64,000 nt of DNA from Beutenbergiaceae bacterium. Its GTDB lineage: Bacteria; Actinomycetota; Actinomycetes; Actinomycetales; Beutenbergiaceae. Shown here piece after piece: positions 45,109 through 55,092 of this stretch. The position numbers were made by a program, and so were the translations under genes. The number at the start of each line of letters is the position of its first letter. Position 1 is the stretch's first letter. The stretch is taken from positions 2,491-66,490 of the forward strand of contig JBKDZO010000066.1 in the NCBI GenBank assembly GCA_047971285.1, read 5' to 3'. The notes under the pieces were generated by a model. The model saw only the letters and a list, made by a program, of their open reading frames with translations. It made no database searches and was not told where the DNA came from.

Positions 45109-45991
45109 GGTAGCGGCGACATCGACGTCGGACGTGCCACCGGGTGCCGCTGAGGGCGCCACCGTCAATCGGGATCGGTTCGAGGTAAGCCTGGAGAACT
45201 TCTCCGGACCGTTCGACCTGCTGTTGTCCCTGATCGCCAAGCATCAGCTCGATGTCACCGAGGTGGCCTTGGCGGTGGTGACCGATGAGTTCATCGGCTA
45301 TATCCGCGGCCGCCAGAACTGGGATCTGTCCCAGGCATCGGAGTTCCTGGTGATCGCGGCGACATTGCTCGACCTCAAGGCTGCACGGTTGCTTCCGGGG
45401 AGCTCATCGGAGGAGATCGAGGACCTGGAGCTGCTGGAGGCCCGGGATCTGCTGTTCGCCCGGCTGCTGCAGTACCGCGCGTTCAAACAGGTCGCCGCGA
45501 GCCTGGGGCAGGAATGGGAACGTCACGGCCGCGCTCATCCACGTTCGGTTCAGCTGGAGCCGAAGTTCGCGGCATTGCTACCGGAGTTGGTGGTGCAGAT
45601 CGGGCCGCAGGATCTGGCGCGCCTCGCCGCAGCGGCGCTCTCGCGCAAGCCCGAGCCGGACAGCGTCGACCTGTCCCACCTGCATGCGCCCGCCGTCAGC
45701 GTCCGGGACCAGGCCGGGTTGATCGTGGACCGGCTCCGGCGCGAGCACGCCGTGACGTTCCGGTCGCTGGTCTCCGACGCTGGAGCCCTCAACGTGGTGG
45801 TGGCACGCTTCCTCGCCCTGTTGGAGCTGTACCGGGAGGGTGTGGTCGCCTTCGACCAGGCCTCGGCCCTGACCGAACTCACGATCCGCTGGACCGGCAG
45901 CGGTGAGGGTGATATCGAAGTCACCGACGACTACGACGACTTCGCCGAACCGCAACCCCTTCCCGAACCAGACCCGCAGGAGAATCCGTGA
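45077..45991 (+). CDS. scpA: segregation and condensation protein A
   Basis: FEVSLENFSGPFDLLLSLI kleisin N-terminal motif. The start is uncertain because the ORF overlaps the parA 3' end. Confidence 0.88.
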   Translation: MSWSPVAPPPEVAATSTSDVPPGAAEGATVNRDRFEVSLENFSGPFDLLLSLIAKHQLDVTEVALAVVTDEFIGYIRGRQNWDLSQASEFLVIAATLLDLKAARLLPGSSSEEIEDLELLEARDLLFARLLQYRAFKQVAASLGQEWERHGRAHPRSVQLEPKFAALLPELVVQIGPQDLARLAAAALSRKPEPDSVDLSHLHAPAVSVRDQAGLIVDRLRREHAVTFRSLVSDAGALNVVVARFLALLELYREGVVAFDQASALTELTIRWTGSGEGDIEVTDDYDDFAEPQPLPEPDPQENP

Positions 45992-46635
45992 GCCAGGACG
46001 CCAGCACCAGCCCCGACGGGGCACAGGCTCCCGAACGCCAGACCGACCTTGCGGCGGCCGCCGGGGTGCTGCAGACGCCCGGGGGTCTGCCCGCCGCACT
46101 GGAAGCGATCCTGATGGTGGCCGACACGCCGGTGTCGGTGACCCAGCTCGCGACCGTGCTCGCACGCCCGGAACCGGAGATCGGTGAAGCGCTGACCGCG
46201 CTTGCGGCCGAGTACCAGGGTCAGGACCGTGGGTTCGTGCTGCGCGAGCCGGGCGGCGGCTGGCGCTACTACTCCAACCCGCAGTTCGCCCCGGTGGTGG
46301 ACGCGTTCGTGCTCGACGGACAGACGGCGCGCCTGACGCAGGCGTCGTTGGAAACGCTCGCGGTGATCGCCTACCGGCAGCCGGTCTCGCGTGGCCGCAT
46401 CGCCGCAATCCGCGGAGTCAACGTGGACTCGGTGGTGCGCACGCTGGCCTCCCGTGGGCTGATCGAGGAGGCCGGCGTCGATCCCGACGGCGGAGCCCAC
46501 CTGTACCGCACCAGCGCCTACTTCCTGGAACGGCTGGGCCTGAACAGCCTGGAGGACCTGCCGCCACTGGCGCCATATCTGCCCGAGATGGACGAACTCG
46601 ACGAACTCGCCGACATCGACGGTGGCGTCGCGTGA
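45988..46635 (+). CDS. scpB: segregation and condensation protein B
   Basis: LEAILMVADTPVSVTQLA and LETLAVIAYRQPVSRGRIAAIRGV winged-helix motifs. GTGA overlap with scpA. Confidence 0.9.
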   Translation: MSQDASTSPDGAQAPERQTDLAAAAGVLQTPGGLPAALEAILMVADTPVSVTQLATVLARPEPEIGEALTALAAEYQGQDRGFVLREPGGGWRYYSNPQFAPVVDAFVLDGQTARLTQASLETLAVIAYRQPVSRGRIAAIRGVNVDSVVRTLASRGLIEEAGVDPDGGAHLYRTSAYFLERLGLNSLEDLPPLAPYLPEMDELDELADIDGGVA

Positions 46636-47372
46636 GCGTGCACGACCCGGATGGTGTCCGGTTGCAGAAGGTGCTGGCATCGGCGGGCTACGGGTCACGG
46701 CGTGCATGCGAGGCGATCATCGCTGCCGGCCGGGTGCAGGTCAACGGCGAGCGCGTCCGTGAGCTCGGCACCCGCGTGGACCCACGGTCGGCCGTCATCC
46801 ACGTCGACGGGCTGCGGCTGCAACTGGAGTCCGGGGTGGTGACCCTGGCCCTGCACAAGCCCGCCGGGGTGTACTCGACCATGGCCGACGAGCAGGGGCG
46901 CCCGGACCTGTCGCAGTACGTGGCCGACCGCACCGAACGGCTGTTCCACGTCGGGCGGCTGGACGCCGAGACCGAGGGTTTGCTGCTGCTGACCAACGAC
47001 GGCGAGCTGGCGCACCGGCTCACCCACCCCTCCTACGAGGTGCCCAAGACGTACGTGGCCAATGTGGCAGGGCATGTGCCCAAGGGTCTGGGCCGCACGC
47101 TTGCCGACGGGGTCGAGCTGGAGGACGGAGCCGTGGCCGTGGACAAGTTCACCGTGCGGGAGAGCACACCGAACGCCTCGCTGGTGGAGGTCACATTGCA
47201 CGAGGGCCGCAACCACATCGTGCGGCGGCTGCTGGCCGAGGTCGGCCATCCGGTGACCCGGCTGCTGCGCACTCGCATCGGCCCGATCCGGCTTGGGAGC
47301 CTGCCGCCCGGACGCACCCGCGTGATCGAAGGCACCGAGCTGGGACAGCTGATGTCAGCAGTGGGGATGTAG
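46632..47372 (+). CDS. rluB: RluB/RsuA-family 23S/16S rRNA pseudouridine synthase
   Basis: S4 domain (RLQKVLASAGYGSRRACE) and the catalytic motif HVGRLDAETEGLLLLTNDGE. Confidence 0.9.
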   Translation: MSVHDPDGVRLQKVLASAGYGSRRACEAIIAAGRVQVNGERVRELGTRVDPRSAVIHVDGLRLQLESGVVTLALHKPAGVYSTMADEQGRPDLSQYVADRTERLFHVGRLDAETEGLLLLTNDGELAHRLTHPSYEVPKTYVANVAGHVPKGLGRTLADGVELEDGAVAVDKFTVRESTPNASLVEVTLHEGRNHIVRRLLAEVGHPVTRLLRTRIGPIRLGSLPPGRTRVIEGTELGQLMSAVGM

Positions 47373-47376
47373 TGCC

Positions 47377-48078
47377 ATGGCCACCGTCATCCTGGTCCGC
47401 CACGGGCGGACCACCGCGAATGCCTCCGGTGTGCTCGCGGGCCGCAGCGCAGGCGTGGGCCTGGACTCGGTCGGCAGACAGCAGGCAGCCCGGGTAGGAG
47501 CCAGGCTGGCGACCCTGAACCTGGCGCGGATCGTGACCAGCCCGCTACGGCGATGCCGCCAGACCGCCCGGGCGATCGAGGCGCAGCAAAGCCTGGACAG
47601 CCCGGCGGGCAAACCCCGAACCGATGCCCGCCTGAGCGAGTGCGACTACGGCCGCTGGCAAGGTCGCCCGCTGGCGGAGCTGGCCAAGGAGGAACTGTGG
47701 GCGGTGGTGCAGCGCACCCCCTCCGCGGTCACCTTCCCTGGTGGGGAATCGATGCCTGCGATGCAGGCGCGGGCGGTCGCGGCGATCCGCGCGCATGACG
47801 CGCAGGTGGAAGCTGCGGTCGGAAAGCACGCCGTGTGGGCCGCCGTCAGCCATGGGGACATCATCAAGTCGGTGCTGGCGGACGCGCTCGGGATGCACCT
47901 GGATCTGTTTCAGCGCATCGACGTGCACCCGGCGTCGGTGTCGGTGATCCGGTTCCACCCGACGGGCGCTCAGGTCGTGTCCATGAACAGCGATTCGGGC
48001 GATCTGGGGTGGTTGGGTGCAGCTCCGACGAGTACCGATACGCAAGTCGGTGGCGGAAACCGGCCCCCGTCCTCGTAG
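47377..48078 (+). CDS. histidine-phosphatase superfamily protein (MSMEG_4193-type putative phosphomutase)
   Basis: The RHG catalytic motif VILVRHGRTTAN lies at the N-terminus, with a second His in AAVSHGDIIK. Confidence 0.8.
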   Translation: MATVILVRHGRTTANASGVLAGRSAGVGLDSVGRQQAARVGARLATLNLARIVTSPLRRCRQTARAIEAQQSLDSPAGKPRTDARLSECDYGRWQGRPLAELAKEELWAVVQRTPSAVTFPGGESMPAMQARAVAAIRAHDAQVEAAVGKHAVWAAVSHGDIIKSVLADALGMHLDLFQRIDVHPASVSVIRFHPTGAQVVSMNSDSGDLGWLGAAPTSTDTQVGGGNRPPSS

Positions 48079-48087
48079 CATGGGGAT

Positions 48088-48651
48088 GTGCCAACCATCG
48101 TTCACGGCTTCGACTGGCCCGACCGGTTCGTGACCGGGACCGTGGGTGCGCCCGGATCCCGGACGTTCTACCTGCAAGCACGCGCCGGGAAGCAACTGGT
48201 CAGCGTGGCGCTGGAGAAGCAGCAATCGGCTGCGCTGGCGGCGGGGGTCGACAGCCTGCTCGATGACCTGATGGCGGCCGAGGGCAACCCCTACAGCATT
48301 CCGCGGATCGCGCCCGACGGCCTAGCCGACGATGCCCCGCTGGAACAGCCGGTGGTGGAGCAGTTCCGTGCCGGGACCATGACCCTGGCCTGGGACTCCA
48401 GCAATGCGCAGGTCATCATCCAGGCAGTTCCGGTCGAGGACGAGTCCGATCCGGGGCATGCGGAGCAGGAGGACCCCGAACAGGTACTGGTCGTCCGGAT
48501 CCCAGTCGGAGCGGCCCGCGCGTTCGCCGACCGGGCCCGCAAGGTCGTCAACGCCGGGCGGCCGATCTGCCCGATTTGTGACGAGCCGATCGAGGCCGAC
48601 GGCCACACCTGCGAATTGCCGGACGATCTGCGGCCCGACGACTTCGAGTGA
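48088..48651 (+). CDS. DUF3090-like protein with C-terminal zinc ribbon
   Basis: FDWPDRFVTGTVGAPGSRTFYLQA N-terminus and C-terminal PICPICDEPIEADGHTCEL (CxxC ... HxC). The family name is recalled, not searched. Confidence 0.75.
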   Translation: MPTIVHGFDWPDRFVTGTVGAPGSRTFYLQARAGKQLVSVALEKQQSAALAAGVDSLLDDLMAAEGNPYSIPRIAPDGLADDAPLEQPVVEQFRAGTMTLAWDSSNAQVIIQAVPVEDESDPGHAEQEDPEQVLVVRIPVGAARAFADRARKVVNAGRPICPICDEPIEADGHTCELPDDLRPDDFE

Positions 48652-49415
48652 AGCCAGTAGACCTGGTCGCCGATCCGCTGGAACTGACCGGGCGGATCGT
48701 CACGGCCTCCAACGCGACCTTCCTCGGTCAGGTCGGCTCGACGCAGGTGGTGTACAAACCCACGGCAGGGGAGGCGCCGCTGTGGGACTTCCCCGATCAC
48801 ACCCTCGCTCAACGGGAACTGGCCGCCTACCGGGTTTCGGAACTGCTCGGCTGGAATGTGGTACCGACAACCTGCACCAGGCTGGGCCCGTTCGGCCACG
48901 GCATGGTGCAACTGTGGCAGGAGCCGGACCCGGACCAGCAAGCGGTCACGCTGGTGCCCGCGGACCAATCGCTGGCGCCGGACCGGCTACCGGTATTCGA
49001 GGGTGTCGACGCCGATGGGGAGGCGGTGGCCCTGGTACACGAGGACAGCGCGCCATTGCGGCGGATGGCCATCTTCGACGTGCTGGTCAACAACGCAGAC
49101 CGCAAAGGTGGTCACGTGCTGGACATGAGCGACGGGCACCGGTTCGGCGTCGACCACGGGCTGACCTTCCACATCGAGCCCAAATTGCGCACCGTGCTGT
49201 GGGGCTGGGCGGGACAGCCACTGAGCAGCGAGGAAGCTGACGCGCTCACGCGGCTCCGGCAGGAATGGACCGAGCGCGTCGTCCCGGCCCTGAGCGACCT
49301 GCTGGTCGAGGCTGAGATCGACGCATTCGCGCGACGATACGACCAGCTCCTAGAGGCCGGTCGCTTTCCGGACCCGCATCATGGTTTGCCCCCGATCCCG
49401 TGGCCACCGTTCTGA
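48648..49415 (+). CDS. SCO1664-family protein, PI3/4-kinase / HipA-like atypical kinase fold
   Basis: Catalytic-loop-like VNNADRKGGHVL and DFG-like FGVDHGLTF. GTGA overlap with the upstream gene. Confidence 0.75.
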   Translation: MKPVDLVADPLELTGRIVTASNATFLGQVGSTQVVYKPTAGEAPLWDFPDHTLAQRELAAYRVSELLGWNVVPTTCTRLGPFGHGMVQLWQEPDPDQQAVTLVPADQSLAPDRLPVFEGVDADGEAVALVHEDSAPLRRMAIFDVLVNNADRKGGHVLDMSDGHRFGVDHGLTFHIEPKLRTVLWGWAGQPLSSEEADALTRLRQEWTERVVPALSDLLVEAEIDAFARRYDQLLEAGRFPDPHHGLPPIPWPPF

Positions 49416-49455
49416 GCGTGCGTTCAGAACCGCTGCGGACCGCTACGCTGCCAGC

Positions 49456-50583
49456 GTGATTGCCCCCGGTCCGAGCCTGTCCACCCTGGCCAGCAACGGC
49501 GGTGTGCTGATCGTCGGTACCGGCCTGATCGGCGCCAGTCTGGGCTTGGCTTTGACCGCTCGTGCGGTGCCGGTACGGCTGCAGGATGCCTCACCGGCCG
49601 CGCAAGCTCTGGCCCGCGACATCGGCGCTGGTGAGATCGCCGCACCCGATGACCTCGACCCGGCACTGGTCGTGATCGCAGCGCCCCCGGACGTCACCGC
49701 AGACCTGGTGGCACAGGCCCTTGGGCGGTACCCCGATGCCGCCGTGATCGACGTCGCGGGCGTGAAGTCGATCATCGAGATCGAACTGAGCCAGTCCGAA
49801 GATCTAGAACTGCATCGTTACCTCGGCTCCCACCCGATGGCCGGACGGGAACGACATGGCCCCGCGGCAGCCGACGGAGACCTGTTCGCGGGCCGCCCAT
49901 GGGTGCTGACGCCGAACCCCGCGACCGACCCGCAGCTGGTGAACCTGATCCGGGGCATGGTGCAGGACATCGGCGCCAGCCCGGTCGAGATGAGCGCCAC
50001 CGACCACGATCATGCGGTGGCGCTGGTCTCGCATCTGCCGCAACTGCTCTCATCCCTGGCTGCGGTCCGGCTGGTGGACGCACCCGAGGGTTCGTTGGCG
50101 CTGGCGGGACAGGGGTTGCGCGACGTGACCAGGATCGCTGCCAGCGATGCGCGATTGTGGGCATCGATTCTGGTTGGCAACGCCACACCGGTCCGCGATG
50201 CGCTGCTGGGTGTCCGGGCGGATCTGGACTCGCTGCTGCAGGCGCTGGACGCCGCCGGGAGCAACCCCCTGGCGGTCGGGTCCATGTCCGGCATCGCGCG
50301 CATCATCGCCGCGGGCAACACCGGTGTCGCCCGGATTCCCGGCAAGCATGGCGGTGCCCGCAAGGATTACGCCGCCGTGACCGTGTTGGTCCCCGACCGG
50401 CCAGGCGAACTGGGCCGCCTGTTCTCGGAAATCGGTGAAATCGGCGTCAATATCGAGGACTTCCACATGGATCACTCCCCACAGCAGAAGGTTGGCATGG
50501 CAACGGTCTCGGTGATTCCGTCCGCAGCCGCAGGGCTGGTGGCAGCTCTGGAGCAGCGTCAATGGCGGGTGGTTGTGGAATGA
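49456..50583 (+). CDS. tyrA: prephenate dehydrogenase
   Basis: Rossmann motif LIVGTGLIGASLGLAL, SHPMAGRE, and a C-terminal ACT-like segment (TVLVPDRPGELGRLFSEIGEIGVNIEDF). GTG 49456 is preferred to 49381, which overlaps the upstream gene. Confidence 0.85.
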   Translation: MIAPGPSLSTLASNGGVLIVGTGLIGASLGLALTARAVPVRLQDASPAAQALARDIGAGEIAAPDDLDPALVVIAAPPDVTADLVAQALGRYPDAAVIDVAGVKSIIEIELSQSEDLELHRYLGSHPMAGRERHGPAAADGDLFAGRPWVLTPNPATDPQLVNLIRGMVQDIGASPVEMSATDHDHAVALVSHLPQLLSSLAAVRLVDAPEGSLALAGQGLRDVTRIAASDARLWASILVGNATPVRDALLGVRADLDSLLQALDAAGSNPLAVGSMSGIARIIAAGNTGVARIPGKHGGARKDYAAVTVLVPDRPGELGRLFSEIGEIGVNIEDFHMDHSPQQKVGMATVSVIPSAAAGLVAALEQRQWRVVVE

Positions 50584-51275
50584 CCGGGATGCAACCGGGG
50601 GTCGTGGTCGCCATCGATGGGCCCTCCGGCTCGGGCAAGTCCACCATCAGCCGGCGCGTGGCCGGCTCCTTCGGCCTGGCCTACTTGGACACCGGAGCGA
50701 TGTACCGGGCCGCAGCCTGGTGGTGCCTGCGCGAAGGGGTCGATCTCGCCGACCAGGGTGCCGTGACCGCCGCCGTGCGGGAACTATCGTTGCAGATGGG
50801 CACCGACCCCCAGCAGCCAGGCGTGGTCGTCGGGGGAGAGGACGCCTCGGTGGTCATCCGCTCGACCGAGATCTCCACCGTCGTCAGCCGGGTCTCCACC
50901 AACCTAGACGTGCGCGCCCAGCTGATCCGGCTGCAACGCGAGGTCATCGACGAGGCCCGGCGTGGCCCGGGGATCATCGCCGAGGGCCGGGATATCACCA
51001 CCGTGGTCGCCCCGGATGCCGATGTCCGGATCCTGCTGGTGGCCGACGAGGCCGCCCGGCTGGCTCGCCGTGCTCAGGAAGTCCACGGAACCGCTGATGC
51101 GCGGGCGCTGGCGGCCACCCGCGACCAGGTTGTCCGGCGCGACGCCGACGACTCGACCGTGACCGACTTCCACACCGCCGCAGACGGTGTGGTCACCATC
51201 GATTCCACCCATATGACCCTGGAGCAGACCGTGGCGGCGGTACGCACCCTGGTCCTGTCAGCGAGGCAACAATGA
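50580..51275 (+). CDS. cmk: (d)CMP kinase
   Basis: IDGPSGSGKSTISR P-loop followed by YLDTGAMYRA. ATGA overlap with tyrA. Confidence 0.93.
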   Translation: MTGMQPGVVVAIDGPSGSGKSTISRRVAGSFGLAYLDTGAMYRAAAWWCLREGVDLADQGAVTAAVRELSLQMGTDPQQPGVVVGGEDASVVIRSTEISTVVSRVSTNLDVRAQLIRLQREVIDEARRGPGIIAEGRDITTVVAPDADVRILLVADEAARLARRAQEVHGTADARALAATRDQVVRRDADDSTVTDFHTAADGVVTIDSTHMTLEQTVAAVRTLVLSARQQ

Positions 51276-51979
51276 GCAGCTCCGGGACCTCTCGTCGCAC
51301 ACCGGGCCAGGAGGTCAAACCCGAACACATCCGCCGGTGGGGTCCGACCTGGTCGCGCCGGGTGGGCTGGTTCCTGGCACGGGTGATCTGGAACACCAAG
51401 ATCATCGGCGCGCAGAACGTCCCGGCGACGGGACGACTGCTGTTCGCGGCCAACCACACCGGGATCATCGACGGCCCGCTGCTGCACGGCTGCATCCCGC
51501 GCAACTCCCACTTCATCATCAAGGAGGAGGCGTTCACCGGTGTGATCGGCATCCTGATGCGCGGCGCGGGCCAGATCCCAGTGGATCGAGGCACCGGCCG
51601 GGCGGCGCTGACCACAGCATTGGCGCTACTGAATGAAGATCGTGCCGTCGGCGTCTTCCCCGAGGGGACCCGTGGTCGGGGAGATGTCAGCTCAGCCAAG
51701 GCGGGAATCGCGTGGCTGGCGGCCCGATCCGGAGCCCAGGTACTGCCGGTAGCGATCTTGGGCACCCGGCGGCCGGGGGACAAGCGCGGCTACATTCCCC
51801 GATTCCGGGCACGCCTGCACCTCGTCTTCGGGGAACCGTTCCAACCGGTACCCGGGGACGCCGAGACCGGCCGCGCCGCTGTCAGCGCAGCCAGTGAGCG
51901 GGTGCAGCAGGCCATGATCGATCACGTCAACGCCGCCATTGCGCTGACCGGCGTGGAGTTGCCGGATTCCGCTGACTGA
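51272..51979 (+). CDS. lysophospholipid (1-acyl-sn-glycerol-3-phosphate) acyltransferase
   Basis: HxxxxD motif ANHTGIIDG and the FPEGTRG motif. ATGA overlap with cmk. Confidence 0.85.
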   Translation: MSSSGTSRRTPGQEVKPEHIRRWGPTWSRRVGWFLARVIWNTKIIGAQNVPATGRLLFAANHTGIIDGPLLHGCIPRNSHFIIKEEAFTGVIGILMRGAGQIPVDRGTGRAALTTALALLNEDRAVGVFPEGTRGRGDVSSAKAGIAWLAARSGAQVLPVAILGTRRPGDKRGYIPRFRARLHLVFGEPFQPVPGDAETGRAAVSAASERVQQAMIDHVNAAIALTGVELPDSAD

Positions 51980-51994
51980 CCCTCGGATGCCGCC

Positions 51995-53515
51995 ATGGCC
52001 CGGGTGGTGAACAATGCTGGGGTGAGTCAAACCCCCACCGGCGCGCCCGAGGAACTCGAACCCCCCGCCGATGATGATCCGCGGCGGACCCGGGCGCTGC
52101 TAGCCGGACTGGACGAGTACGACCTGGACGAGGACGACGTCGCGCTGCTCGACGGCTCGGCGTCACAGCAGGCCTCCGGTGGGCAGGAGCAGGCCCTGCC
52201 CGTGCTGGCGGTCATCGGGCGCCCCAATGTCGGCAAGTCGACGCTGGTGAACCGGATCCTGGGCCGACGCGAAGCGGTGGTGCAAGACACCCCCGGTGTC
52301 ACCCGGGACCGCGTCACCTACGAGGCCGAGTGGGCCGGTCGGCGATTCCAGCTGATCGACACCGGCGGCTGGGAGCACGATGCCCGCGGCTTGAGCGGGC
52401 GTGTGGCCGAGCAGGCGGAAGCCGCGATCGTGCTGGCCGATGCGGTGCTGTTCGTGGTGGATGCCACCGTCGGAGCCACCAGTACCGATGAGCAGGTGGT
52501 GCGGTTGCTGCGCCGGTCGGCGAAGCCGGTGATCCTGGTCGCGAACAAGGTTGACGATGCGCGCGGGGAAGCGGACGCGACGGCGCTGTGGAACCTGGGC
52601 CTGGGCGAGCCGTTCGCGCTATCGGCACTGCACGGCCGCGGCTCGGGGGATCTGCTCGACGCCGCATTGGACCTGCTGCCGGCCCAGTCTGGTGGCAGCG
52701 GTCGGCTACCGTCGGCGGGGCCGCGCCGGGTAGCGCTGCTGGGACGCCCGAATGTGGGCAAGTCGTCCATGCTGAACGCACTGAGCAGGTCCGACCGGGT
52801 GGTGGTCGACGACGTCGCGGGTACCACCCGCGATCCGGTCGATGAACTGGTGCTGCTGGACGAACGCCCCTGGTGGTTCGTGGACACCGCAGGTATCCGG
52901 CGCCGAGTCCACCAAACCTCCGGCGCCGACTTCTATGCTTCGCTGCGGACCCAGACCGCGCTGGAACGTGCTGAGGTGGGCGTGGTGCTGGTCGACGCCA
53001 GCGTGCCGAGGACCGAGCAGGACATCCGGGTGATCCAGCAGGTCATCGACGCCGGCCGGGCGCTGGTGATCGCGTACAACAAATGGGACCTCACCGACCC
53101 GGACCGCCGTGACCTCCTGGAGCGGGAGATCGAACAGGACCTGGTGCAGGTGCGCTGGGCACCGAGGGTGAACCTGTCGGCCAAGACCAGGTGGCACACC
53201 AACCGCCTGGCGCCGGCGCTGGACGTGGCATTGGACTCCTGGGATTCCAGGATCCCCACCGGTCGGTTGAACGCCTTCCTGGGCGAGCTGGTGGCTGCGA
53301 ATCCGCATCCGGTGCGCGGCGGCAAGCAGCCGCGCATCCTGTTCGCCACCCAGGCCGACACCCGTCCGCCCCGGTTCGTGATCTTCGCCAGCGGGTTCCT
53401 GGAAGCCGGGTACCGCCGGTTCATCGAACGCCGGTTGCGGGAAGCGTTCGAGTTCACCGGCACGCCCATCGAGATCAGCGTGCGCGTGCGCGAAAAGCGC
53501 CGTCGCACCAAGTAG
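51995..53515 (+). CDS. der: ribosome biogenesis GTPase Der (EngA)
   Basis: Two GTPase domains ([16 protein letters not shown]; [16 protein letters not shown]) plus a KH-like C-terminus. Confidence 0.95.
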   Translation: MARVVNNAGVSQTPTGAPEELEPPADDDPRRTRALLAGLDEYDLDEDDVALLDGSASQQASGGQEQALPVLAVIGRPNVGKSTLVNRILGRREAVVQDTPGVTRDRVTYEAEWAGRRFQLIDTGGWEHDARGLSGRVAEQAEAAIVLADAVLFVVDATVGATSTDEQVVRLLRRSAKPVILVANKVDDARGEADATALWNLGLGEPFALSALHGRGSGDLLDAALDLLPAQSGGSGRLPSAGPRRVALLGRPNVGKSSMLNALSRSDRVVVDDVAGTTRDPVDELVLLDERPWWFVDTAGIRRRVHQTSGADFYASLRTQTALERAEVGVVLVDASVPRTEQDIRVIQQVIDAGRALVIAYNKWDLTDPDRRDLLEREIEQDLVQVRWAPRVNLSAKTRWHTNRLAPALDVALDSWDSRIPTGRLNAFLGELVAANPHPVRGGKQPRILFATQADTRPPRFVIFASGFLEAGYRRFIERRLREAFEFTGTPIEISVRVREKRRRTK

Positions 53516-53531
53516 CCCGCGGAGCGCAACG

Positions 53532-54977
53532 ATGCTTGGGCTGGGGTTCGACATCGGCACCACCACCAGCAAGGTCGCGCTGATCGCCGTCGATGGGCCA
53601 GCGGTCAGTGAGGTTTCCAGCGCTAGTGCGCCAACACCTGCGACCGCCGAAGAACTCACCGACATGACCGCGGCGCTCTCACGCCGGGTCATGGGCCAGC
53701 GCCGGGCCCGGGTCGATGCGGTCGGGGTGGCTTCAATGGCCGAGTCGGGAGTGCCCGTTGACCGCCACGGCCGGGCCCTGACACCGATCTTGCGCTGGGA
53801 TGAAGGCCTCGGCAGGCAGGACGCCGAACTCCTGGCTGACCTGCGTGCAGACCTGTTCGCCGCGACCGGGGTGCGCCTGAGCGCCAAGACACCGTTGGCG
53901 ACCTGGGCCTGGCTGCGGCGCACCCACGGATCGACCTGGGCGCAGATGCGACGCTGGCTCAACATCGCTGACCTGGTGGTACGGGACCTGACCGGAGCAT
54001 CGGTGACCGATCACACCCTGGCCGGACGGACCGGCGGGTACCGGCTACCACCACGTCACGGTTCTCCGGCCTCGACCTTCGACCAGCAACTCCTGGAACT
54101 GGTGGGCTTGGCCCCACACCGCCTGCCTGCCGTCGCTGACCCCAGGCAATGCGCCGCTGCAGTCACCTCGGCCGCCGCTGGCCGGTACCTGTTGACCGGC
54201 GGCACACCGGTGGCCGTGGCGGGGCATGACCATCAGGTGGCCGCCTGGGCCGCCGGGGTGCGTAGGCCGGGCCAGTGCGCAGACTCGCTGGGTACCGCTG
54301 AGGCTGTGCTGTCACTTGTGTCGGAACGCCCGCCCCCGGCGTCGGTCGCGGCCGCGGGCATGAGCCTGACCCGGACGCCAGCGGGCATCCATGACGCCGT
54401 GGTGGGTGGCAGCGCCACGGCAGGCGCGGCGCTGCAGGCCTGGCTGGAACGCATACCCGCGGAGCTGCGGCCCCGAGTCCTGCACGACGCCGCAGCCGGT
54501 CTGGACCACGATCCGGAGCCGACCGGCCAGCCCGCGCTGCCCTACCTTCGCGGACGCCAGTGCCCGCAGCCGAATCCGATTGCGACCCCGAGCTGGCCAC
54601 CGGACGCCTGGCCCCTCGCTCGGCAGGCGCGGGCAGTGATGGAAGGCATCTGCTACCAGGGGCGGTGGATGGCACAGGCGCAAGGTGACCTGGGAGCCAG
54701 CCCCGAGCACATCGCGGTGATCGCCGGCACCCGGCTGCCACGTTTGTGGCGGCAGACGAAAACGGCCGTTTCGCCTTGGCCGTTGTCCTGGGTGGGCGCG
54801 GCCGAACCGGTGGCTGCCGGTGCAGCGCTGCTGGCGCTGGGTCGCGCCGGTGCCTTCGGTAGCCGGGAGCAGGCTCTGACCTCAGCGCCAACCCTCGCCA
54901 GCGAGACGATCGCAGCCGGGAATGATCCTCACCGGGCATCGTTCCGGGAGTTCGTGCGTCAAGCCGGCAGGGCCTGA
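53532..54977 (+). CDS. FGGY-family carbohydrate kinase, substrate unknown
   Basis: N-terminal LGFDIGTTTSKVALI actin-like ATPase motif. Length and layout fit the FGGY N and C domains. The sequence is divergent. Confidence 0.7.
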   Translation: MLGLGFDIGTTTSKVALIAVDGPAVSEVSSASAPTPATAEELTDMTAALSRRVMGQRRARVDAVGVASMAESGVPVDRHGRALTPILRWDEGLGRQDAELLADLRADLFAATGVRLSAKTPLATWAWLRRTHGSTWAQMRRWLNIADLVVRDLTGASVTDHTLAGRTGGYRLPPRHGSPASTFDQQLLELVGLAPHRLPAVADPRQCAAAVTSAAAGRYLLTGGTPVAVAGHDHQVAAWAAGVRRPGQCADSLGTAEAVLSLVSERPPPASVAAAGMSLTRTPAGIHDAVVGGSATAGAALQAWLERIPAELRPRVLHDAAAGLDHDPEPTGQPALPYLRGRQCPQPNPIATPSWPPDAWPLARQARAVMEGICYQGRWMAQAQGDLGASPEHIAVIAGTRLPRLWRQTKTAVSPWPLSWVGAAEPVAAGAALLALGRAGAFGSREQALTSAPTLASETIAAGNDPHRASFREFVRQAGRA

Positions 54978-55092
54978 ATCTGGTGCCGGGGGACTACTGC
55001 CCACCTGAGCTAGCGGGCGCGACGGCGGCTCTGCCGTAGATTTGACCCACACGTTTACGTTGAGCTGGACCACTGAGGCGAGGAATCTGACA

